From Thraustochytrium aureum (Eukaryota): DNA of 20,000 nucleotides. Where the stretch lies: contig BLSG01000091.1 of assembly GCA_012862495.1 (NCBI GenBank), forward strand, positions 168,422 to 188,421. The letters are read 5' to 3'. Of this stretch, positions 9,601-18,957 are shown in pieces. The notes beneath the pieces are model-generated. The model was given only the letters and a program-made list of their open reading frames with translations. It was not told the origin of the DNA and made no database searches. A program made the position numbers and the translations under genes. Positions within the stretch are counted from its first letter, which is position 1; the number at the start of each line of letters is the position of its first letter.

Positions 9601-11293
9601 GGAGGAACTTGCTCGCGTGGGGCAACACCCGCAGCGCTGGCGTCACCAAAGTTCTCAAGACAGTCGTCGCAAAAGCCGTCGCCACGGCCGTCAACGCCCT
9701 CGTCGACACATTCATCAACACAATCGTCAGCACTTGCATCGACGCAGTAGTCGCCACTTGGCGGCGTCATAACGGCAGGNNNNNNNNNNNNNNNNNNNNN
9801 NNNNNNNNNNNNNNNNNNNNNNNNNNNNNNNNNNNNNNNNNNNNNNNNNNNNNNNNNNNNNNNNNNNNNNNNNNNNNNNNNNNNNNNNNNNNNNNNNNNN
9901 NNNNNNNNNNNNNNNNNNNNNNNNNNNNNNNNNNNNNNNNNNNNNNNNNNNNNNNNNNNNNNNNNNNNNNNNNNNNNNNNNNNNNNNNNNNNNNNNNNNN
10001 NNNNNNNNNNNNNNNNNNNNNNNNNNNNNNNNNNNNNNAGTCGCCACTTGGCGGCGTCATAACGGCAGGAAACTCTCCGTTTGCCTCTGCAAGCTTTGAT
10101 GTCGGGGGCGGCGGCGGCGCGACTGTGGTGCTAGATCCAAGCTTGGGCGGGCTTGTGGACGGTGGGCTCGGCACGTGCGAACGCAGGGCAGATGGAGCAG
10201 TGGTGCGAGGAGGAGGTGGTCTTGGACACGGGGCTACACGTGGCGCCGGGGTGCTCCGCGATTGAGCTTTCGGTCGGGGCGGCGTGGAGGCCGGCGAAAG
10301 GCGTTCGACGTCTGCCACCCGCACTGCTGTAGGTTGTTGCGCAGATGGTTGCAGGAAGCAGCCCGGTGAAAATTGGGGGTGTGAATCGCGCGTGGTCTGG
10401 TCGAGCGCAAGCGCCTTATCCTGAGTCTGGAGAATCGTCTTGATTGGCTCAAGTCGCGCTGGCGCCTTGTTCCGTGGCTCGCGTTGGCAATGCTCCGGAC
10501 GAGGAGAGAGGGGTTTGCACAGACTGCGGTCTGGAGATCTGGTCCGGTTACGCGACTTTCGTGGGAAAGTCTTCTCATTAGATCCAACCTCGCGCTCGCC
10601 GCCTGGCTTGCCATGTCGCCCCTCTTTGGCCTTCATTCGCTCGAGCTCTTGGTGCCACTCCGCAAGAACCTGCTTGTTCCTTTTCTGACGCTGGGCGGCG
10701 GCGCGAGCACGCTTCGACATTCTGCGCGCAGGCTTCTTGGCACCCGACTGCCTTTTGGGGCATCTTTTAGACGCCGCGCTTGCAGATTCTAGCTCTTGCA
10801 CGCGTACTTTGGCCCACGCCAAAACCTTTGCAGGGTCCTCAGCAGCGGAGCTCTGGGGTTGAAAGCCGCCTGCTACTGCAGCACATATCTGAGGCTTGAC
10901 ATTCCGCGGGAGGCGCGCGTCAAGCGTGCGCACAACGCTCGGTGCAGGCTTGCTGGAGGCCTCGACGAGGAATGTGTCGCGCTGCGAGAATTGCGCGTCT
11001 CGCTCTTTCCAGCTGCTCCCCTGCGCCGCCCACTGCCCGGCCGACCAGTCAAACTCGTCGAGCCGCTCGATTCTATCCCCACCCGTGCGCCAGAAGCCTT
11101 TCAAGTAGGCCGATCGCTTGCTCGTGGTCCTGCTTTCCAGGAGCGTGCGGAGCGTCTCGCGTCCTGGGTCAGCCTTGCCCACACTTGGAAGGCCTTGTTC
11201 GCTCTTCACTGCATCGCCCTCGAGCGCCAGCCAGGGCGGCGGCGCAGCGTCCTCCGCCGCGCACTCTGGCAGCCGCCACTGCGCTGCGCTCAT
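6635..11293 (-). CDS. Large (~1400 aa) low-complexity protein with basic N-terminal part, Pro-rich linker, acidic repeat region and one WW domain (~7207-7293); spans two gaps and about three indels
   Basis: ORFs 9767-11569, 7416-9770 and 6628-7458 are co-linear. WW signature WIQRLDAATGYYYYEHSRTGESQWDTP. Likely ATG at 11293 (MSAAQW). The two sides of gap 9780-10038 share an identical 31 bp. Frame restored by a missing base at ~7678 and a compensating pair at ~9005 and ~8763. The 3' frame after gap 6881-7101 is inferred from composition (HEFVHENG...AVQD*). Confidence 0.65.
7102..7143 (-). repeat. 18-bp coding tandem repeat (AAYETE)n running into an assembly gap
   Basis: tgccgcttcggtctcgta tgccgcttcagtctcgta tgcagc, directly adjoining the Ns. 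Confidence 0.85.
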
Positions 11294-11887
11294 CCTTTCG
11301 CGCTTGCCGCAGCCGGCCTCGCGCGCCGCGTCCGCTCCAAGTCGCCCATCCCACTGTCCTCTTGAAAAAAAACCCCAGCGAGTTGAATGTCCCACAAGAT
11401 CCACTACTACCATTTCGCATAGCCGATCGCTAGCACAGATTCTTGGCGGACCGCCGCGCCACTCATCCGCGCCGCCCACTCGGACATTCTCATATCGTAT
11501 CCGCCTTTCCACCGTAAACTCGGAGAATCGCAAAAAAGACGCATTGCAGGATAAAAGAGGGAAAGCCACTACTACACGGGGGCTAACTACATCGGCTAAG
11601 AGTAATTCAAGAGTTGCTTTTTCCCCGAAAGGGGCGCGTCAAACAACAGCGAGATCATTCTGACCAGTTCAGAACAGAACAGATTGCAGAAGCGCGGCAG
11701 GCAGCGCAAGGCAGCACAGGCTCGACAGCTGGCAGGAGCAGCAGCAGCAGCGTGGCAGCAGCTGGCGGCAGCAGCCAGCGCGGCAGCAACCTGGCAGTAG
11801 GTGGGCAGCAGCTTGGTGGTCGCAGGCTGCTGCGAGGTTCGAGGGCGGGCTCGAAGGCACAAAACGAGTTGGGACACGCGAGCGCCG

Positions 11888-13274
11888 ATGGCGCAGCTGG
11901 GCGAGCCGACGCTGGTGCTGCGAGGCGCTGCTGCTGTGTGAGTTGGAGAGGCGGCCGGACGTGCGGGAGCGCGGACTGACGGGCGAGAGGGCGTGTCTGA
12001 AGGTACACGTGTGACGCGGAAGACGGGGTCGGGCTGGTGAAGGACGCCACGGTTGGTTCAGCGGCGACGCGGTCGTGTACGTCGGACCGGACGCCGGAGC
12101 GCCGGCAATTGGACCAGGCGTAGAGGTGCTCGATGTCCCAGGCAAGGTCGTGGTGCCTGGTCTGGTGGACTGCCACACGCATACGGTGTTTGCCGGCAGC
12201 CGCGCAGACGAGTTTGAGCGGCGCCTCGCAGGCGCGACGTATGTGAGCATTCTCGAGGAGGGCGGCGGGATCAACAAAACGGTGGGTGCCACGCGCGAGG
12301 CCTCGGAGGAGCTCCTTGCGAGCCTTGCCCGCGAGCGCGTCCGAGCGATGCGCGACTCGTGCGGCGTCACCACAATCGAGATCAAGTCTGGCTACGGGCT
12401 TCAAGCCGAGGCCGAGGCCAAGATGCTGCGCGCCGCGCGCCAGGTGAGTAGCCTCGAGCAGTGGCCGATGGCAAGGCTGCTTTGAGGAAAGGGCGCCGTG
12501 CTTGCTAACGGTGCCAACTCCGTCACAGTGCGCCTCAGAGGTCCGCGTCCTGACGACGTTTCTGGGGGCGCACACGATTCCACCGTCGGTCCGCGCAGAC
12601 CCGACGAAACGCGCCGCGTTCATCGAGGAGGTCATCACGGAGCACCTCCCACTGTGCGCGCCTCTTGCAGACTTTGTGGACGTTTTTGCGACCGCGGCGG
12701 GGTCACCATTGATGAGGCCAGGGCGATTCTCGGCGCTGACAAAGCCCTCGGCCTCAAGGTTCGGGCGCACGCCGAGCAGATCGAGAGCACGGGTTGCGCT
12801 GCGCTCGTGGCCGAGCTTGACGGGCTCAGCGCTGACCACCTCGAGCAGCTCGACGAAGCTGGGGCGCGCGCGATGGCTAGCAAGGGCGTTGTTGCGGTCC
12901 TGCTCCCGGGCGCGCAGCTCTACTTGAAAGACGTTTCGCCGCCCGTGGCGGCTCTTCGCAAGCACGGCGTGCGGATCGCAGTGGCCACTGACTTCAACCC
13001 GGGGTCCTCGCCCGTGAGCAACCTCTGGACCGTTGCGACGCTGGGCTGTATTTTGCAGGGCCTTACGGTCGAGGAGGCTCTGCTCGGCATCACGCGAAAC
13101 GCGGGGCTGGCTCTGGGCCACCCCGAACTGGGTCGCTTGGGTCCAGGAAGTGTCGGCGACGCCGTGGTGCTTCAAGTTCCGCCGGGCGAACCAGCTGCAA
13201 TCGCGTCGCTCTTGCAGCACATGGGTGCGCCGCGTGTGGTCGGCGTCGTCCGGGCAGGAAAGCTCGTGCGGTGA
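11888..13274 (+). CDS. hutI: Imidazolonepropionase (HutI/AMDHD1 family); exons 11888-11937, 12003-12443, 12529-13274; about 412 aa after restoring one base each at ~12053 and ~12687
   Basis: PGLVDCHTHTVFAGSRADEFERRLAGATY..ILEEGGGI, GVTTIEIKSGYGL, TFLGAH, FVDVFCD, HAEQI, SADHLE, AVLLPGA, ATDFNPGSSP. All amidohydrolase metal ligands are present. Confidence 0.93.
11938..12002 (+). other. Spliceosomal intron 1 of hutI (65 bp)
   Basis: GTGAGT donor, ACTGAC branch-like site ~11975-11980, ..TGAAG acceptor. Removal gives LVLRGAAAV-YTCDAEDGVGLVKDA. Confidence 0.78.
12444..12528 (+). other. Spliceosomal intron 2 of hutI (85 bp)
   Basis: CAG|GTGAGT donor, GCTAAC branch site 12504-12509, CACAG acceptor. 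Removal joins KMLRAARQ to CASEVRVLTTFLGAH in frame. Confidence 0.88.
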
Positions 13275-13312
13275 GTCACGGCTGGTCGAGCGGTGCGCAG
13301 GTTGTTTTTCAA

Positions 13313-13329
13313 TTTTTATTAAATAAAAA
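13313..13329. terminator. Back-to-back AATAAA elements (putative bidirectional polyadenylation signal)
   Basis: tttttatt-a-aataaaaa: AATAAA on + at 13322-13327 and on - at 13315-13320, in an AT island between the convergent stops at 13274 and 13431. Confidence 0.45.
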
Positions 13330-13430
13330 AAGAAAGAAAATGGAAAATGGTGATCCGAGAGGCAGGGAGAACCGGGGCTCGCGTCCACCGCGGGCCCTCG
13401 CGCCAGCCCCAAATGACAAATGAAAGCAAT

Positions 13431-15322
13431 CTAGCTAGAGCCAGCGCCGACACATCCAAGCGGAGTACCGAATTCCATGTCGTACCGGCATGGCTCAGGC
13501 TCCTCGACACTGAGGATCCCCTCGTCAATCGAGCACAGCACCCGAACGGAAAGGCTTCGCTGAGGGCCGTTCCAGCACTTGAGGCCATCGCTGAAAACCA
13601 TCGTGGGCGACGTAGCAGCCGCGTCCCACCCTTTCCACTTGCCAAGCGAGACGGTGCCCTGCTTTGCCTGCTCGAACGGGCACATCTGCCACAAGTAGCC
13701 GTGCATATCTCGCTTGAAGCAGCGCCCCACGAGCGTCAGGTAGGCCTTGTCGTCGCCGATATCAGCTTTGGCCTTGTCCTCGAATCTGTTCCGCGCGCGC
13801 TCTAAGGCTTTGAGAAGGCGATCCAAGCTGTCGGCCATATCCCGCATCGTGGCGAGCTGCGCACTCCCAGGCGCGTCTGAAGGGCGCTCAAAATCGTCAG
13901 CTCGAAAGAGGAAGAAGTAGAGGGTAGGGCCCGCGTCCCAGAACGCCCACCAAAGACGCAGGAGGCCAGCCCGCGCTGCCCAGCCCCGCACGTGCGCCAC
14001 GGCGCGCCAAAGCGGCCCGGACACGTTCCAAGCAGCTAGAGGATTCAGACTTGGCGGAACGAACTCGGAGAGCCACCGCGCGAGCTCGAAAAGCCCGCGC
14101 ACAGGGCTGGCCAAGAGCCCAGCAGCCTCCACAAGCAGAAGCAGCACCTTTGTCCACACTTGGGGCCCACCGTTCAGGAGAGGGCCGAGGAGGGAGGCTC
14201 TGCGCTTTTCCTGCGTCGTCCGCTTTGAGGGGGGGCGTGGCGCATCTCGGCCTCCTGCGCTTTGATAGCCACAAACCTCTTCAACGGCACCACCAACTTG
14301 GGGTTCTCCAAGCTGGCATCCGGAGCGAGACTCATTCGTGCGGCCTCGGCTGCGTCCAGGGCTCGACGGCCTGCGCCCGGCTCAGAAAAGTCGATGTCTG
14401 ACCAAAACGCTGCCGCGGTGCTGGCCTCCTCGCCGCCCACTGCGTCGCCCTTGGCATCGCTGTTGTCGGGCAACACAGGCTCGGGCGGTTCGCTCGGCGC
14501 GGTTCCAGAGAGACGCATGCGCCGACTTTGGACCCGCGCCCACTTGAGGAGCTGGTCCATGCTCGCCCGGCGCGCCTCCCGGTCCTGCTCTGCAATGGCC
14601 TCGCGCAAAGGAGCCAAGAGCGTCGATTCGACGGATTCTGCTGCACTCCCGAGGTCTTTCGCAGCGCCGGCCCAGGCAACGAGGAGAGAGTTGGCGGCGG
14701 CTTCAGCGCGCTCGCGGAGTTTGGCGCCCTCTCGCCATTGGGCTTGGCGATTTTCGTTTGCGACCCGTTCGGCCTCGGCCACTGCATCGCAGCTGTTGGG
14801 GCACTCGCTGGGCCCCTCGTCCGAACCGTCGCAGCAATCGCAGACCGCGTCGCGCACTCTCAGCTGGGTATCACGGCCGCGACATGCCCCTTGTTTCTGC
14901 ACAAAAACACTGCGTCGGGCTTGCCCGCGCACGCTGCTGTCAGGGGTTCGTCGGACCCGTCCCGGCAGTCGCAAAACTCGTCGTTCACGGCGCCAACACG
15001 CAGCAGCTCGCCCGATTCTGCGCATCTGAACCAGCCCTCGCCTCCCGCCTCGCCACCGCCGCGAGCCACAGCGCCGCAGTCCTGTGGCCTGGAGCAGGCG
15101 CAGGCGCTCCGCGCGCCGTTTCGAACTAGCCGCAGCTCGCTCCCGGCCTCAGGGCAGCAGCACTTGTCGGCGCCCGCCCCAAGCCAGGACCGCGCCGCCA
15201 TCCGCGCAGACCGTCCCGGCGCACGCGGCGTGCGTCCCGTCCGCCGTCGTCGCGGCGCCCGCGCATCGACTGACAACGGCGACCAGGGCGAGGACCTCCG
15301 GGATGCGCGCGGCCCAGCGCAT
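13431..15322 (-). CDS. Glucosidase II beta subunit-like (PRKCSH family) protein, ~630 aa; three indels (~15178, ~14862, ~14180)
   Basis: Signal peptide MRWAARIPEVLALVAVVSRCAG. N-terminal domain VNDEFCDCRDGSDEPLTAAC...FLCRNKGH...RVRDAVCDCCDGSDE..CPNSC, then a coiled coil. C-terminal MRH domain CPFEQAKQ..SLGKW..FSDGLKCWNGPQRS..EEPEPCRYDMEFGTPLGC. Confidence 0.88.
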
Positions 15323-16774
15323 CGCGCCCAGCCCAAGGCCCCACGAGTGGGCGCGCTCGAAGCCCAAGCCAGCCCAAGCCGCCAGGCCCACCGCGTACGC
15401 ACGCGTCTGCTCAACAGGCAGCGGCTGGACAGCTCGCGTTGCGTGTCTGCCCCGACTGCCGAGTCGAGGACTCGTTCAGGGTCAATGTCGGCGACAGGTC
15501 CACTTCGGGAGGTCNNNNNNNNNNNNNNNNNNNNNNNNNNNNNNNNNNNNNNNNNNNNNNNNNNNNNNNNNNNNNNNNNNNNNNNNNNNNNNNNNNNNNN
15601 NNNNNNNNNNNNNNNNNNNNNNNNNNNNNNNNNNNNNNNNNNNNNNNNNNNNNNNNNNNNNNNNNNNNNNNNNNNNNNNNNNNNNNNNNNNNNNNNNNNN
15701 NNNNNNNNNNNNNNNNNNNNNNNNNNNNNNNNNNNNNNNNNNNNNNNNNNNNNNNNNNNNNNNNNNNNNNNNNNNNNNNNNNNNNNNNNNNNNNNNNNNN
15801 NNNNNNNNNNNNNNNNNNNNNNNNNNNNNNNNNNNNNNNNNNNNNNNNNNNNNNNNNNNNNNNNNNNNNNNNNNNNNNNNNNNNNNNNNNNNNNNNNNNN
15901 NNNNNNNNNNNNNNNNNNNNNNNNNNNNNNNNNNNNNNNNNNNNNNNNNNNNNNNNNNNNNNNNNNNNNNNNNNNNNNNNNNNNNNNNNNNNNNNNNNNN
16001 NNNNNNNNNNNNNNNNNNNNNNNNNNNNNNNNNNNNNNNNNNNNNNNNNNNNNNNNNNNNNNNNNNNNNNNGAAAAGCGAAGGAGCGGGTCGCAGACATC
16101 GGCGAAACAACCCCGTTCCCAGCCCATCAAGGTCACGAAGCCCCCAGCTCCCGCACGACGCACTTTTCCAGTCGCCAACATCCTCACCATGCACAGCGCC
16201 TTGCGACGGCACTGTAAAGGTACCAGCGCCCTCGCCCACGATTTTCCGCCATCGGGGCCGTCGTGCGGAAGTTGACCGATAGCAACACCAACCATCGACA
16301 GAGCAGCGGCTCGCCACCAGGCCTCTTCATCAGCGAGCCCGCCGCTTCTCTCGCGCGCAGAGCCGTCCCGTTTCCACTGCCGCCACAGCGCACCAAACCT
16401 CAACGGCAAACCTCGGCCTCCGGCGAGCTTCGCCCTGATCGTCAGCGGCCTTCCGTTCCTCCCCGTTCCTTTCGTTCCCCGCGTCCCGCCACATTTAATT
16501 GATGAGGAAGCGCTCCCTTGTTCGTTATCGTTGTATCTCTTGTGCGCAAAGCCGACGAGACTGGACAGCGGAGGCTGGATGGAGTGCGTGCGTGCGTGCG
16601 CAGCAGACACCCATCGCGGCGAGCGGCGTGCGGCAGGATCGGCAGAGCAGCTTGTTCGTTCCTTCCCCACGAGAGCTGCTCGACTGTACCGCGGCTCGGG
16701 CTTGGAAGAGGGAGGAGCTGGCCGGGATGCAGCACCAACATCCCATGGTCCGGCAACGCGTCCGCGGGTTTGAA

Positions 16775-18645
16775 ATGGCCCGCGCGAGGCGGCGCGGCGG
16801 GGCCTGCGCCGTGGCTCTACGCTGGGTGGCGCCTGTGTGCTTCGCGATTGGCTTTGGGCTCGTGCTGATCGAGCTGGCGAATCTCGCGGACTTTCTCAAC
16901 GTGGAGGTGAAGATTGATGCCGGCCCGCGGTGGGAGGGGTACAAGCGGGTGGTGGGCTCGTCCGAGTGGGCTGACTGGAGGCTGCGCGACGTCGCTGGGC
17001 TGGACGGGTCCTGGGACGAGGAAAAGTACGCCGCAGGCGCCGCGTTTCGGAGCCATGAAGCCGGGCCTTCAGCGACCGGGCAGCGAGCCGCACCATCGGT
17101 TCGAGACGCGCTCACCTCTTTCGAAGGCGAGGAAGGGGGCGAAAACACTCGAGATGAATTGAACGAGGCCGCCAGCGAGGACCATGCCCCGGAGGCGGAT
17201 TGGAGCGAGTTTGGTGCAGAGTCGCGCCTCGCCGACCACCAAGGCCCGGACGAGGCACAATTGCAATTCGCGGACGACGCTGGCGAGGATGATTTGCAAG
17301 ACCAGGTATCGTCAGGGGGCGAGCGCGGTGAGCAGTATGGAGAGGACAGCGCTGTCGAGAGCCGAGGCCACAGCGAGGCAACTGGGCTCGAGACGGCCAC
17401 AGAGCGCCGTCCAGTTAGCTACGGCACGTTTGACGGGACAATTGTCAGTCTGGTGCCCCAAATTGATTTGCCAAAGCGCCCAATCGTCAAGGCCTACAAC
17501 TCGGACAAAAACTACTGGCCCTGGTACAAGATTCTGCGAAAGCACGGGTGGCAGCACACGACAGACGTGCCCGACATCCGCGCCAACATGCTGTTTTCGA
17601 AGGGAGCAGTACCCTACTTGCGCAAGGGCAAGCAGATGCTCAACAGCATCGGCGTCTCGGGGTGCATCGGAGGCGCCAAGGTGCTGCAGCTCGAGTGCAG
17701 GCGGCGACTCGCAGAGCGATACGGCTGCAGCTATGAGACTCTGGCGATCCAGCCCGCGCAGTTTAGCTAGACACCGTTGAGGGGTGCAAGGCGTGGCACG
17801 AGGCGGCAACTCGGCCAGAGAACGCGGGCAAGCTATGGCTGTACAAGCCGAGCAATACGTTTCACGGCAAGGGCATCAAGCTGTTCAGCGACGTGCAGGA
17901 GCTGTTCCGGAAAGTCAACCAGTGCCGCTCAACGCGCAGCGTGATCCTCATGGAGTACATCTCGCGGCCGGCCACCATGCAGGGGGGCTACAAGTTTGAC
18001 CTGCGCAGCTACCTCCTCGTCGGCAGCCTCGACCCGCAGCTCATCTTTTTCGCTGACGGGTTCGGGCGCAAGTCGGACACGGTGTACAGCGTCAACGACA
18101 CGCGCACGACAGTGCACGTGACCAACTCTGTGCAGCAGAAGCGCGCCAACCACTTTTTCTCGTTTGCTGAGCTCGGCGCGGCGATGGAGCGCGAAATGGG
18201 CTTTGACGCGGGCTACCTGGACCGCGCGCGCGAGTACATGAAGAAGGTCTCGGTGTTTGTGTTCAAGACGACAGACACGCAAAAGAAGCCGCTGAGCCGG
18301 TTCCCGGGTCGGTTCCACCTGTTCGCGGTGGACTGGGTTATCGACTCGTCGGGGGGCATCCACCTGCTGGAGGGCAACGGGTACCCGCTCGTGACCGAGT
18401 ACCCCGTGGAGGGCCTCACGCCGGCGATTTGGGAGGATCTCATCGACCTCGTGCTCAAGGTCCACGTCAAGCCCTCCGAGCTGGACCCGCGCCTCACCGT
18501 GCGCGACGGCTTCCGCCATGGCAAGTGGTCGCTCATCTTCAACGAGCTGGAGGACGACTGGCGCGTCGCGCACGACCCTGGCGCGGCCTTCAACCCCTGC
18601 ACCCAGTTCCCCTCGCAGGTTTCGTCGACGCCATCGACAGTGTGA
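16775..18645 (+). CDS. Tubulin-tyrosine-ligase (TTL/TTLL)-family ATP-grasp protein with N-terminal signal anchor, ~623 aa; one indel at ~17766 (alternative ATGs at 16727 and 16745)
   Basis: WLYKPSNTFHGKGI, MEYISRP, GYKFDLRSYLLV, HVTNSVQQK, FHLFAVDWVID and LLEGNGYP match the TTL motif order. Basic N-terminus, then hydrophobic WVAPVCFAIGFGLVLIELANLA, then an acidic stem. Confidence 0.85.
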
Positions 18646-18957
18646 GGAAGGAAGCCAGCGAGCCCTGCCACGGCTTGTCACGCTTCGAGTCGTTTCGAAG
18701 CAATCTGATAACGTAAAAACCAAAGCCTTGACCCTGACGCACGCAAGTTGAACAGTGATGCGCGCAAGAAAGTTGGACTGTGGTTCGGTTGATAAAACAA
18801 ACCCGGAGGGTTGTGTTGTTTTACTGCTTGTACTCGAGTTTCAGCACGCGCTCGGCGCGATTCCTTTTGCCCCGTCAAAAAGATAGCCTCATATGGCAAC
18901 TGGTTGCTTTTTGGGGAGACAGCGAGCGGTGCGTCGCGCACGCGGTCGCCAGTAAGC

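Noticed and set aside
11888..13274. Bacterial contamination as the source of hutI
   Set aside because: It contains two canonical spliceosomal introns and is contiguous, without a gap, with eukaryotic genes on both sides.
11655..13412. 585-aa minus-strand ORF antisense to hutI, and similar shadows such as 17929-18723 and 16525-17400
   Set aside because: Typical antisense open frames of GC-rich coding DNA. No motifs, and the opposite strand has a clear family assignment.
866..17768. Physarum-like C-insertion RNA editing as the cause of the missing bases
   Set aside because: Many sites could take a C, but they are equally fixed by lengthening a T, A or G run. Two sites have an extra base instead. 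Homopolymer error is more parsimonious.
891..17770. Stop-codon reassignment or selenocysteine readthrough at internal TAG/TGA (891, 1379, 14860, 14174, 17768)
   Set aside because: In every case homology continues in a different frame, so readthrough would not restore the protein. TAG and TGA also terminate intact genes here.
24..18645. Calling the frameshifted genes pseudogenes
   Set aside because: Catalytic and structural motifs and splice signals are intact, and lesions are only single-base indels spread over unrelated genes.
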